Source: Oscillospiraceae bacterium (lineage in GTDB: Bacteria > Bacillota > Clostridia > Oscillospirales > Oscillospiraceae). From it: DNA of 64,000 nt. The stretch spans positions 1,790 to 65,789 of the forward strand of contig JAZUPH010000073.1 in NCBI GenBank assembly GCA_045605145.1, written 5' to 3'. Below, one piece after another: positions 44,913 to 53,850 of this stretch. A model generated the notes under the pieces. That model did no database searches and had not been told where the DNA came from. It was given only the letters and a program-made list of their open reading frames with translations. The position numbers were made by a program, and so were the translations under genes. The first letter of the stretch is position 1. Every line of letters begins with the position of its first letter.

Positions 44913-46466
44913 TCAACCGACGAGACGGCTCCAGAATTTCTCATCGTAAACGTAAGCGGCAGTACGGTCGGCTTCATTCCCGGTCTCCCACTCGTCATAG
45001 GCGGCGGTAGAAAGCTCGGCAGTGGCGATGTACTCCCATGCCTCCATGCCTTCGCCGGCGTAGCAGATCATGCAGTAGCCGCCCAGCTCTTCGCTGTAGA
45101 TCTTGGTGACGTTGCCCTCAAGAGTCTTGAAATCGTACAGCCACTCGCTGGCCTCACCGTACTCATTTTTCAGAGTGCTCTCGAGCCAGACATAGTCGTA
45201 GCCGGTCTCTTCTCCGTAGGTAATGGCTATCTGACCGAAAGCCTCCACAGTTCCGCCGGCAGCAAGCCACTGCTGATAATACTCGTCAAACACATCGTCA
45301 GCCAGCTGGGTGTACAGGTCGCGGACGGATATGAACTCCTCATCAGAGGCGTAATCAGTGCTGCTGACAGGGATGGTATAGATCATGGCATACATGCTGC
45401 GGGCAGTATAATCGTTATCATCGCGGGAGATGAACTCAACAATATACATGCCGTCCTCAGCCTCGATGCAGGTGATGTCACCTTCAACACGAGAAGCATC
45501 CTTGGCCCAATCGGCGTAGCTGCTGTTCAGATTGGAGCCCTGGGCAGTACCTTTGGCATTGTCATCGGTGTTAAACCCTTCAACATCCGCTTCATTCATA
45601 TAGGGAGTGATCGCCTCGTAGAAGTCGGCGCCGCCGTCCATAGCAGCCTTAATCTCGTCCCACTCGGCACGCAACTCTTCCCAGGCGGCGTCGGTGTTGG
45701 CCTCATCATAGCTTTCCTGATCGGCAAGATACAGATGAACCGCTCTGAGGGTGTAGTAAGCAAGATCATCCTTGTTCTCGCCGTAGTAGCTCTCCAGCTG
45801 GTCATCGGAGTAAGTATAGCTCTCGCTGATATAAGTCTTGTAGCTGTTTGCATACACCACGCGCTCAAGCTCACGCTGGTAGATCTCAAGGGTGATGCCC
45901 TTACCGAAGCTGTCGGCAAGATACGCATTCACGGACTGACCGTTGTAATCGGCCCAGTACTTAACAGCCTCAATAGCGGCAGCGATCTGAGCCGCATCAT
46001 CCTCAGAAAGGGTGTAACCGGCCTGCTGTGCAAGCTGGCTGTAATAGTATACGCCGCTTATGGAGTTGGCGGCTTCATCAACCAGATAATCGTGCCAGGT
46101 GCGGCTGTCGTCATAGGAGACAGACTTGGCGTAGGCGGTGCTGGTGGGCATGAGGTAGGAAACATAGTCTCCGTACATCTGGCTGGCATCGGAATACAGC
46201 TGGGAGAAGACGCTGTGGTAATAATACTGGAACTCCACCACAGTGATGGTATGTCCGTCGATAACTGCGGCGGGCATGATACGGCGGATGAGGGCGCTGT
46301 GGACAAATAACACAGACGCCGTCAGCAGTGCCACACACAGGGTGACAATGAGTATAGACACGCGCAGCTTCTTCTGCTGCTTTTTCTGCTCAAGCAGAGC
46401 CTTTTCCTTTTTGCTCAGTTCGGCCTTGCCCTGCTGTCTTAAATTCTTTTCTCTCGAAGCGCTCAT
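44913..46466 (-). CDS. membrane-anchored PrsA/SurA-like chaperone with a degenerate parvulin (PpiC) domain
   Basis: Start at MSASREKN (ATG 46466, RBS AAAGGTG). N-terminal TM. RAVHLYL..GGADFYEAI..GMYIVEFISR resembles the parvulin pattern. Confidence 0.55.
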   Translation of the reverse strand: MSASREKNLRQQGKAELSKKEKALLEQKKQQKKLRVSILIVTLCVALLTASVLFVHSALIRRIMPAAVIDGHTITVVEFQYYYHSVFSQLYSDASQMYGDYVSYLMPTSTAYAKSVSYDDSRTWHDYLVDEAANSISGVYYYSQLAQQAGYTLSEDDAAQIAAAIEAVKYWADYNGQSVNAYLADSFGKGITLEIYQRELERVVYANSYKTYISESYTYSDDQLESYYGENKDDLAYYTLRAVHLYLADQESYDEANTDAAWEELRAEWDEIKAAMDGGADFYEAITPYMNEADVEGFNTDDNAKGTAQGSNLNSSYADWAKDASRVEGDITCIEAEDGMYIVEFISRDDNDYTARSMYAMIYTIPVSSTDYASDEEFISVRDLYTQLADDVFDEYYQQWLAAGGTVEAFGQIAITYGEETGYDYVWLESTLKNEYGEASEWLYDFKTLEGNVTKIYSEELGGYCMICYAGEGMEAWEYIATAELSTAAYDEWETGNEADRTAAYVYDEKFWSRLVG

Positions 46467-46525
46467 AACGCACACCTTTCGCTGCAATAAGTACATAAGT
46501 CACCGCCAAACGGCGGCACCTTCGC

Positions 46526-46554
46526 ATTATATAGTAAAATGCGGCGCAATTCAA
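46526..46554 (-). promoter_or_regulatory. sigma-A-type promoter for the PrsA-like gene
   Basis: Minus strand TTGAAT, 17-nt spacer, TATAAT. The -35 element lies in the loop of the upstream terminator hairpin. Confidence 0.55.
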
Positions 46555-46561
46555 GCGCCGC
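46534..46561 (-). terminator. intrinsic terminator ending the DUF1292 transcript
   Basis: GCGGCGC-TTGAATT-GCGCCGC followed by ATTTTAC on the minus strand. Confidence 0.55.
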
Positions 46562-46574
46562 AAGGTATTTTTTA

Positions 46575-46823
46575 CCGATTTTTAAAGATTAATATTCAGC
46601 AAATTGCCAAAAAGCAGAACACCCGCTTGTGCCGTGTAGACCCTTTTATAACCTGCATGTAGCAGGTGGGTTGACGCCTCCGTGCTTTACTGCTTCCAAC
46701 GTCCGGCCGGAGCCGGGAGGCCTGCAAACCACGCGGAGAGTCGTGCATCCCTAAGGGTGCTGTAGGCTCAAAAGCAGTCTATCACGCACACAGCAGGCTT
46801 CTTACATCATCGGTGGACGAAAA
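46575..46823 (-). ncRNA. candidate structured RNA (unassigned family) or long structured 3' UTR
   Basis: Long-range 16-bp helix (46625-41 with 46777-94, three 1-nt bulges) encloses 135 nt containing at least 5 local helices. GC-rich, no ORF. Strand inferred from the flanking promoter and terminator. Confidence 0.35.
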
Positions 46824-47105
46824 TCAGCCCTCGTCCTCGTCTTCGGAATAGAGGCGCTCCATAAAAATCTGGTACACCTCTTCCGCCTCGTCTCCTTCAA
46901 GGGGCTGGAGAAATCCGTCATCGCCCTCACCGGGAAACGCCTCCATCAGTACCATTCCGAAATCCTCATCATCGGGATCCATGTCGGCAGGAAGAAAAGC
47001 AAGTATGAACCTGCCGTCAAGCTCAATGGTATCAAGATGCTCCAGCTCGTAGCTGTTGCCTTCCTCATCAGTGATGGTCAGTATATTTCCGCCAAATTCT
47101 TCCAT
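46824..47105 (-). CDS. DUF1292 family protein
   Basis: 93 aa, acidic. ITDEEGNSYELEHLDTIELDGRFILAFLP is the typical DUF1292 pattern. Confidence 0.8.
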   Translation of the reverse strand: MEEFGGNILTITDEEGNSYELEHLDTIELDGRFILAFLPADMDPDDEDFGMVLMEAFPGEGDDGFLQPLEGDEAEEVYQIFMERLYSEDEDEG

Positions 47106-47132
47106 GGTACGCCTCCTGCATTTGATGCATTA

Positions 47133-47161
47133 ACTATACTATGTTTTACACTAAATTGCAA
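47133..47161 (-). promoter_or_regulatory. sigma-A-type promoter for the DUF1292 gene
   Basis: Minus strand TTGCAA, 17-nt spacer, TATAGT. Confidence 0.5.
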
Positions 47162-47203
47162 GCGGCAAATAGCCCCATGATTCGCCCCCACAGACGGCGG
47201 CAC

Positions 47204-47533
47204 TTATGAGTTATAGTCCTCCATAATGCGGATAAGCGCGCTCAGATCGGTGACGGCAATACCCTCTTCAAGCAGCAGTCTGTCCGCCTCGCGCAGACTT
47301 TCGGCAGATATATCGGTCATATAGATAAGCGTTCCGTCCTTATCTGTAACACATACGAAGCCATCCCTGACGGTGACAAGCATATTCTCAAGCACCTGGA
47401 GCCCCTTTGGAAGAGGCAGCTCAATACCACCATGGTCGATCTCCCCCGTCTCATTGGCTGCCGCAGCGGGCGTTATGCACAGTGCGCCGCAAAGCATGAT
47501 AAGGCTCAGGATGGGTACCAGCAGTTTTTTCAT
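47204..47533 (-). CDS. small secreted protein, BofC C-terminal-domain-like (tentative)
   Basis: Start at MKKLLVPILSLIMLCGALC (ATG 47533, RBS GGAGG). Signal peptide. The C-terminal pattern resembles BofC from memory. Confidence 0.5.
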   Translation of the reverse strand: MKKLLVPILSLIMLCGALCITPAAAANETGEIDHGGIELPLPKGLQVLENMLVTVRDGFVCVTDKDGTLIYMTDISAESLREADRLLLEEGIAVTDLSALIRIMEDYNS

Positions 47534-47646
47534 AGCAAACCTCCGAAAAACTTTTTCGGAATGATTTTGCCCCGGAGGGAGTAGAATATACCCGGCAGGC
47601 AGGTTCAGGGCGCGGAAGAATATATAAAAATATTTGAATTTATCTA

Positions 47647-47675
47647 TTGACATCCGCAAATCTATCTGCTAAAAT
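47647..47675 (+). promoter_or_regulatory. sigma-A-type promoter for infC-rpmI-rplT
   Basis: TTGACA, 17-nt spacer, TAAAAT. Confidence 0.65.
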
Positions 47676-47679
47676 CTTT

Positions 47680-47802
47680 CAGGTAAAGAAAGTAGGTACG
47701 GTTCCCGTCCTCACCCGGCCATATTGTGAGCCGGTGTTAACACAGTTCTATCCCACTGTTTGCGGTGGGTTTCTGTGCGCGGGTATCGTCCGCGCATTTT
47801 TT
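47680..47802 (+). promoter_or_regulatory. L20-type leader with attenuator hairpin
   Basis: Hairpin CCCAC..GTGGG (47751-70) followed by terminator TGCGCGG-GTATCGT-CCGCGCA and TTTTTT (47776-47802), 30 nt before the infC RBS. Confidence 0.6.
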
Positions 47803-47834
47803 GTTGCCTGCACTTTAATTGGAGGTGTTTGACA

Positions 47835-48353
47835 ATAGCAAATATCGAGTACCAAATTAATGAAGAAATCGTCGACAAGCAGATCCGCCTTATAGATGAA
47901 GAGGGCGCTCAGCTTGGTCTGATGTCCGCCGCAGAGGCTCTTAATGTTGCGGTAGAGCGCGGTTACGATCTGGTTAAGATCGCGCCCAACGCTGTGCCCC
48001 CCGTATGCAGGCTGATGGACTATGGCAAGTTCCGCTTTGAGCAGTCGAAGAAGGATAAAGAAGCCAAGAAGAATCAGCACGTCATCGAGATCAAGGAGAT
48101 CCGCCTTTCTCCCGGCATCGGCCTGAACGATTTTAATGTCAAGCTCAAGGCAGGACAGCGTTTCCTCAAGGATGGCGATCGTCTTAAGGTTGAGGTTCGT
48201 TTCCGCGGTCGCGAAATGGCTCACCCCGAACTGGGCAAGGAGCTGCTTGACAAATACGCCGAAGAGTGCAAAGACATCGCTTCGGTTGATAAAGCCGCCA
48301 AGATGGAGGGACGCCGCATGAGCATGTTCCTCTCCCCCAAGAGCGGCAAGTAA
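47835..48353 (+). CDS. infC: translation initiation factor IF-3, non-canonical AUA start
   Basis: ATA codon 7 nt after GGAGGTG gives (M)ANIEYQINEEIVDKQIRLID, matching IF-3 N-termini. The ORF-track start at 47760 lies inside the attenuator. Confidence 0.88.
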   Translation: MANIEYQINEEIVDKQIRLIDEEGAQLGLMSAAEALNVAVERGYDLVKIAPNAVPPVCRLMDYGKFRFEQSKKDKEAKKNQHVIEIKEIRLSPGIGLNDFNVKLKAGQRFLKDGDRLKVEVRFRGREMAHPELGKELLDKYAEECKDIASVDKAAKMEGRRMSMFLSPKSGK

Positions 48354-48397
48354 TCCCACATTAAACAGGATGTAAATACACCGGAAGGAGTACCAGT

Positions 48398-48595
48398 ATG
48401 CCCAAGATCAAGACACACAGCGGCGCGAAGAAGAGATTCTCTCTCACCAAGACCGGTAAGGTCAAGCGCGCACACGCCAACAAGCGCCACATTCTCAACA
48501 AGAAAACCACCAAGCGTAAACGCAACCTTCGCGCCGGCACCTATGCTGACAACACCAATGAAGCAGCAGTCAAGCGCATGATTCTCTATAAGTAA
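48398..48595 (+). CDS. rpmI: 50S ribosomal protein L35
   Basis: 65 aa, [14 protein letters not shown]. Confidence 0.96.
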   Translation: MPKIKTHSGAKKRFSLTKTGKVKRAHANKRHILNKKTTKRKRNLRAGTYADNTNEAAVKRMILYK

Positions 48596-48607
48596 GGAGT
48601 CGACACC

Positions 48608-48964
48608 ATGGCAAGAATTAAAGGCGCGATGATGACGCGCAAAAGAAGAAATACCGTCCTGAAGATGGCCAAGGGCTACTGGGGCGCCAAGTCCACCCAC
48701 TATAAGATGGCTAACCAGGCCGTGATGAAGAGCCTTACCTATGCTTACATCGGCCGTAAGCTGAAGAAGCGCGACTTCCGCAGACTGTGGATCACCCGCA
48801 TCAGCGCCGCCTGCAAGGCAAATGGCATGAACTACTCCCGTTTCATGTACGGCATCAAGAAGTGCGGCATCACCATGAACCGCAAGATGCTCTCCGAGAT
48901 GGCCATTCATGAGCCCGCTGCTTTCACCGCCCTGTGCGAGAAGGCCAAGGCTGCCATCGCTTAA
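48608..48964 (+). CDS. rplT: 50S ribosomal protein L20
   Basis: 118 aa, [21 protein letters not shown]. Confidence 0.96.
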   Translation: MARIKGAMMTRKRRNTVLKMAKGYWGAKSTHYKMANQAVMKSLTYAYIGRKLKKRDFRRLWITRISAACKANGMNYSRFMYGIKKCGITMNRKMLSEMAIHEPAAFTALCEKAKAAIA

Positions 48965-48981
48965 GTCAATTAAGCATACCA

Positions 48982-49012
48982 AATAACCCCGATTCGTCGG
49001 GGTTATTTTTTT
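48982..49012 (+). terminator. rplT terminator
   Basis: AATAACCCCG-ATTCGT-CGGGGTTATT followed by TTTTT. Confidence 0.85.
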
Positions 49013-49120
49013 GCTAACTGCAGCATAGGATATTTGCCGAAGGGCTTTACTCCCGCCCCGGCTCTTGGGGCAAACCGGGAAAAACGCTTACAAAAATACA
49101 GCAATGCCGCATATTTTATA

Positions 49121-49149
49121 TTGAATTTCAGAGCGGTGTGCTATATAAT
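49121..49149 (+). promoter_or_regulatory. sigma-A-type promoter for murC
   Basis: TTGAAT, 17-nt spacer, TATAAT. Confidence 0.6.
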
Positions 49150-49199
49150 ACATCCGTTGTGCATAAAAAGTTTACACCTTCACGGTGATTGGAGAAAAC

Positions 49200-50579
49200 A
49201 TGACTGTTGCTGATCTCAACAATTACATAAAACCGGGTATGCGCTGCCACATGCCGGGCATCGGCGGTGTGTCCATGTCCCCCCTGAGTGAAGTGCTGCA
49301 TGCCAAGGGGCTTTCTGTCACCGGCTCAGACATCGGGGAGAGCGCTGCCATCGACCGCCTGCGTTCACTGGGCATATCCGTGGTCATCGGACAGAAGGCC
49401 GAAAATGTGGGCAATGCCGATTTCATCATCCGCACCGCCGCAGTTCACGATGACAACCCGGAGATAGTCGAGGCACACAGCCGCGGCATACCCGTATTTG
49501 AACGGGCTCAGGCCTGGGGCTGGCTGATGCGCGAGTATAAAAACGCCATCTGTGTATCCGGTACCCACGGCAAAACCACCACCACTTCCATGCTGGCCTA
49601 CATTCTTGTGGAGGCCGGGCGTGACCCCACCGTGTCGCTGGGCGGTTCACTGCCGATTTTGACAAACGGTCACCGCCACGGGAGCGGCGATGATTTCATC
49701 ATCGAATCCTGCGAGTATTTCAATTCGTTCCTCAGTTTCTCCCCCACTGTTGCGGTAATACTGAATGTGGATGAGGATCATCTGGATTTCTTTGAGGACA
49801 TCACCGATATTGAGCATTCCTTCGCCGACTTTGCAAGGCTTGTTCCTGAGGGAGGCTGTATCGTAAGGCCGGCTGCCGACAGCAACGCCGGGGAAGCTCT
49901 GGCGGATATAGATTTCACCGGCCGCACGGTGTTATCCTTCGGTTTTGAAGACAATGCCGATGTGCGCCCTGCCAATGTGGTGGAGGAGGGTCGGCTGTGC
50001 CGATTCGATGTGCTGGCACACGGCGAGCATTACACCACTCTCGAGCTGCAGGTTATGGGTCACTCCAACATGGCGGACGCCCTTGCCGCCTGCTGTGTGG
50101 CATATTATCTGGGCATTGACGGAAAAGCCGTGCATGACGGACTTCTTAAGTTCGGCGGCGCCGGACGCCGTTTTGAGTACCGCGGCCGCGTAAACGGTGC
50201 CCAAGTGTACGACGACTATGCCCACCACCCGAAAGAGCTGCGCTCGCTGATGGACATCTGCGCGCATATGGGCGCACAGCGCACACTGGTAGCTTTCCAA
50301 CCCCATACCTACACGCGCACCATTGCCTTCTTTGATGATTTTGCCGATGTGCTGAAGATTCCCGACAAGGTCTATCTGGCGGAGATTTATGCGGCACGCG
50401 AGACGAACACTACCGGCCTTTCTTCAAAGGCTCTTGCCGATGTGATCCCCGGCAGCGAGTTCTGCCCCACCCTTGAGGATGTGGCAGAAGTCATACGCCG
50501 TGACGCACGACCGGGTGATCTGGTCGTCACGGTGGGCGCAGGCAGCATAACCAAGGTTGCGGCAATGCTGACTGAATGA
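49200..50579 (+). CDS. murC: UDP-N-acetylmuramate--L-alanine ligase
   Basis: Start at MTVADLNN (ATG 49200 after GGAGAA). GIGGVSMS and GTHGKTTTTSM motifs. Confidence 0.93.
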   Translation: MTVADLNNYIKPGMRCHMPGIGGVSMSPLSEVLHAKGLSVTGSDIGESAAIDRLRSLGISVVIGQKAENVGNADFIIRTAAVHDDNPEIVEAHSRGIPVFERAQAWGWLMREYKNAICVSGTHGKTTTTSMLAYILVEAGRDPTVSLGGSLPILTNGHRHGSGDDFIIESCEYFNSFLSFSPTVAVILNVDEDHLDFFEDITDIEHSFADFARLVPEGGCIVRPAADSNAGEALADIDFTGRTVLSFGFEDNADVRPANVVEEGRLCRFDVLAHGEHYTTLELQVMGHSNMADALAACCVAYYLGIDGKAVHDGLLKFGGAGRRFEYRGRVNGAQVYDDYAHHPKELRSLMDICAHMGAQRTLVAFQPHTYTRTIAFFDDFADVLKIPDKVYLAEIYAARETNTTGLSSKALADVIPGSEFCPTLEDVAEVIRRDARPGDLVVTVGAGSITKVAAMLTE

Positions 50580-50612
50580 GGGCAAATTAATTTTAACCGC
50601 ATATGCAAACAA

Positions 50613-50650
50613 AGAACTGCACCCCAACAAACGGGGTGCAGTTCTGTTTT
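50613..50650. terminator. bidirectional terminator between murC and the DHHW gene
   Basis: 13-bp stem AGAACTGCACCCC/GGGGTGCAGTTCT flanked by CAAACAAA and GTTTT. Confidence 0.85.
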
Positions 50651-50718
50651 CGCCCTGTGGGGCGTTAATTGTTTAAATGGGATTATTTACAGCCCGCACA
50701 ATACAGCACTTTACCGGA

Positions 50719-52368
50719 TCACCTTACAAAGTAGAAAATCAGATCGTTGCCGCCGTTGCCCCAGGTAAAGGCCGCGCCTGTGCAGAAAATGACATCGTCT
50801 ATGTCATACTCTTCAACAAAGCTGACAAGGCCTCGGGCAAAGTAATAACGCGGGTCAACGACATAAACATACTGATAATGCTGGGTATAGTAGTAGACGA
50901 AGGGATTTCCCTGGGAGTTCTTAATTATAAGGCAGGCAGAACCGTCGGTAATATCGTTATTTATAAACGTACATTTAGCATTATCACCGGCGAGGAAGGC
51001 AAGGTACTTACTGCCCGAGCTGGAGTTACTGCGATTGATGATAAGAGAGGTCTCATAACCCAGGCGGTCTGAGCTTCCCTCCTGTATATACAGGTGAACA
51101 TCTCCGGGCGGTACATAGCAGACAACCGTATCGGGATTCTGACCCAAGAGGCTGCTCTTCTGAGCGGAATAGTAAGTCGTGCCAAGATAGCCGGGGTACT
51201 CAATAACTTCATAGGCATCAAGAGGCACAGGATCGAAGCCGGCAACCTTGCACCATTCAACATAGGCATAATACGCGCCCAACGCCGTCCAGTGGTGGTC
51301 AGTGCGGAAGCACAGATACTCATTGTTGTGGCGCACCAGAGTATCATATATATCGACATAATTGACACCGGGTGCAAACTGGCTGTACATATACTCCAGA
51401 CCGTCTTCTTCAAGGGTAAGGCCCATAAACTCACGGTCACTGCGGGAAAGCATATAGGTAATACTGGTGGGAACCGTGATGGTATACAGGCGCGCCCTGC
51501 CGTCCAGCAGTTCCAATGCTCTGTTCATGCTGCTTACATAGCGGTCACACTGGTACTGAGAAAATCCGGGGACATTGTACGCCGCGTCACCGATCTGAAT
51601 AACGGCACCCTGGCTGAAATACTCGTCCGCGTCCAGCACTTCGCCGCCCCAGGCAGTTGCCCCCGCAGATGCCACATTGGATGTATCTTCTTCGGGCTGT
51701 TCTTCTTCAGGCTGTGCGCTGTCGTCAGCGGGAGGCTGTTCGTCCTCCCCATCGTCAGTGGCTTCACCATCGTCCGGCTGTGCCTGATCGGCATCAGACA
51801 CAGATGTGTCCGGCTCCGACTGTGAAACATCCTGCGGGTCATCGGTCTGCGCATCCTGAGGATCGTCCTGAACTTCAAGGCTTATATCCCCGGCCTGATC
51901 GCCTGCGGATGTATTGGGAACAGACACATCTGCTTCCGTGTCGGATACAGGCGGGGGTATTATCACCTGCGGGATAGATTCGCCGGCAGAAATAGTGCCG
52001 TAAATGACCACTTCACCGGTACCGTGCAGATCTTCCACCTGATCGGACAGGCTTATCCAGCTGTCGCGGAAGGTGAAAGTGTCGGAAAACCAGCTGTCAA
52101 CACCTTCAAAGAAGCTGCCGTCAGCCAATGACGAGAAACTAAACTGCGGAAACTCAGTCAGTATGCGCTTTTCATTCTCAGACAGGGTCGGGCGCAGGGG
52201 CAGGATCCACGCAATCACCGTCAGTACACCCAGTGCAACAAAGAAAGGTATACACGGCAGAATTGCCTTGCGGCGCTGCTGGGCCCTCTTGCGCTGAAGA
52301 ATTCTGCGGCGCAGGGGCGTCAGCTCCCCATCTTCAATTTTATCATTTACATGGTTCACATCGTTCAT
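50719..52368 (-). CDS. DHHW-family (AlgX/AlgJ-like, SGNH-fold) protein with an acidic low-complexity insert
   Basis: 549 aa. N-terminal TM, FRTDHHWT motif. ~90-aa D/E/Q/P-rich insert encoded at 51676-51948. Confidence 0.8.
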   Translation of the reverse strand: MNDVNHVNDKIEDGELTPLRRRILQRKRAQQRRKAILPCIPFFVALGVLTVIAWILPLRPTLSENEKRILTEFPQFSFSSLADGSFFEGVDSWFSDTFTFRDSWISLSDQVEDLHGTGEVVIYGTISAGESIPQVIIPPPVSDTEADVSVPNTSAGDQAGDISLEVQDDPQDAQTDDPQDVSQSEPDTSVSDADQAQPDDGEATDDGEDEQPPADDSAQPEEEQPEEDTSNVASAGATAWGGEVLDADEYFSQGAVIQIGDAAYNVPGFSQYQCDRYVSSMNRALELLDGRARLYTITVPTSITYMLSRSDREFMGLTLEEDGLEYMYSQFAPGVNYVDIYDTLVRHNNEYLCFRTDHHWTALGAYYAYVEWCKVAGFDPVPLDAYEVIEYPGYLGTTYYSAQKSSLLGQNPDTVVCYVPPGDVHLYIQEGSSDRLGYETSLIINRSNSSSGSKYLAFLAGDNAKCTFINNDITDGSACLIIKNSQGNPFVYYYTQHYQYVYVVDPRYYFARGLVSFVEEYDIDDVIFCTGAAFTWGNGGNDLIFYFVR

Positions 52369-52377
52369 AAACTCACC

Positions 52378-53850
52378 TCAAAACTGGTAGTAAAGGAACG
52401 GGTTATAGGTATTCCCCACCAGCAGCGCTGTGGCCAGGATCAGAAGAATAACAGGCATTATGCCCCGAGACAGGGCACAGTACACATTGCCCACCACCGG
52501 CACATCGCTCAGCTTCTTCTCAAGCCAGCGGGCAATGTTGCGCACGATGGGAGTACAGGCAACCACGCACACAGCCAGCAGGTAAACATTGTTCTTAAGC
52601 ATCGTGACCGACTTAAAGTCTGTAAGCGGATTGCCATTGAGTCCCCACATACCCTTAAGCACAGCCAGAGCCAGATTCATATCGGTAAAATGGAACAGAA
52701 CCCAACCGATAATTGCAACAAGCAGCAGATACAGATTGGATATTATAGGCAGCTTATCCAGCACCTTTTTAAGGAACAGCCGCTCAATCGCCAGAAGAAC
52801 GAAGAAGTACAGCCCCCACAGCACAAAATTCCAGTTTGCTCCGTGCCACAGGCCGGTAAGTGACCAGACAACCAGCATATTGAGAATGGTCCTGAGTTTT
52901 CCGCGGCGGTTGCCGCCAAGGGGTATGTATACATAGTCGCGGAAGAAGGAGCCAAGGGAGATATGCCAGCGCTGCCAGAACTCGGTAGCGGAGCGGGAAA
53001 GGTACGGATAGTTGAAGTTCTCCATATAATGCAGGCCCAGCATCTTTCCCATGCCGATGGCCATATCAGAGTAGGCTGAAAAGTCCAGATATATCTGCAG
53101 GGAGAAAGCAACGACACCCATCCAGACGCCGAGAACCGATGTGCCCTCAAGAGACAGAAGATTACTGCTCAATGCTGCAGTATTGGCAATGGCAGCATCG
53201 GAAAGCAACATACTGTCCGCCAGCGATCCGCAAGCATTGGCAAGCAGCACCTTTTTGGCAAGGCCCACGCAGAAGCGGCACACGCCATCAGAAAGCTCAC
53301 GCCCGTTGAAGGGGTCACGGTGTACAAAAAGCTCTTCCGCGATGGTTTTATAGCGGACGATAGGGCCGGCAATGCACTGGTGGAACAGGGCCGCATACAA
53401 AAGCACATGCCAGTATTTTTCCTGCGCTTCAGCCTGACCTCGGTAAACATCCACAACATAGCTCAGAAGCTGGAAAGTGTAGAAGGAGATGCCGATGGGC
53501 AGTGCGATATTGGCAATGAAGGCAGGCGGCTCGCCAAACAGGGAAGCGATCATACCGCTGTACTTGAAAATGCCGATAAGACTCAGGTCAACGACACAGG
53601 CTGCGATCAGCCACGCCTTGCGGGCACGGGGAGTTTCACCGCGGCTGACACCGAGGGCGGCGATCCAATCAAAGAAGGACATCCCCACAAGGAGCAGCAC
53701 ATATTTAGGCTCACCCCAGGTATAGAAGAACAGGGAGAAAATCAGCAGCACGATATTCTTGGCCTTAAGGCTGCGGCACAGTGCGTATGCCAGCATGCAG
53801 AAACCAAAGAACCCGTACAGGAAATATAGGCTTGAAAATACCATAATCAT
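52378..53850 (-). CDS. MBOAT-family O-acyltransferase (AlgI/DltB/PatA-like)
   Basis: Start at MIMVFSSLYFL (ATG 53850 or 53844). Conserved His region (WHISLGSFFRDYVYIPLGG), 10 or more TM segments. The ORF-track N-terminal extension looks non-coding. Confidence 0.85.
   Translation of the reverse strand: MIMVFSSLYFLYGFFGFCMLAYALCRSLKAKNIVLLIFSLFFYTWGEPKYVLLLVGMSFFDWIAALGVSRGETPRARKAWLIAACVVDLSLIGIFKYSGMIASLFGEPPAFIANIALPIGISFYTFQLLSYVVDVYRGQAEAQEKYWHVLLYAALFHQCIAGPIVRYKTIAEELFVHRDPFNGRELSDGVCRFCVGLAKKVLLANACGSLADSMLLSDAAIANTAALSSNLLSLEGTSVLGVWMGVVAFSLQIYLDFSAYSDMAIGMGKMLGLHYMENFNYPYLSRSATEFWQRWHISLGSFFRDYVYIPLGGNRRGKLRTILNMLVVWSLTGLWHGANWNFVLWGLYFFVLLAIERLFLKKVLDKLPIISNLYLLLVAIIGWVLFHFTDMNLALAVLKGMWGLNGNPLTDFKSVTMLKNNVYLLAVCVVACTPIVRNIARWLEKKLSDVPVVGNVYCALSRGIMPVILLILATALLVGNTYNPFLYYQF

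Noticed and set aside
44895-46310. 471-aa plus-strand ORF antisense to the PrsA-like gene. Similar long antisense ORFs occur at 43589-44584, 31197-32015, 15669-16724, 6517-7668, 34536-35627 and 37175-38074.
   Set aside because: These are low-complexity Gly/Ala/Val/Leu-rich translations with no recognisable domains or SD sequences. Each lies opposite a gene with clear family motifs. They are typical shadow ORFs of a high-GC genome.
46575-46823. SRP RNA, 6S RNA or tmRNA identity for the structured region
   Set aside because: The minus strand contains GGAAGCAG, reminiscent of SRP domain IV. However, it lacks the adjacent GNRA tetraloop context (GGUCC-GGAA-GGAAGCAGCC) and there is no Alu-domain pattern. 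A 55-nt 5' internal region is too large for a 6S central bubble. There are no tmRNA ends (GGGG...CCACCA). It is kept as an unassigned RNA candidate instead.
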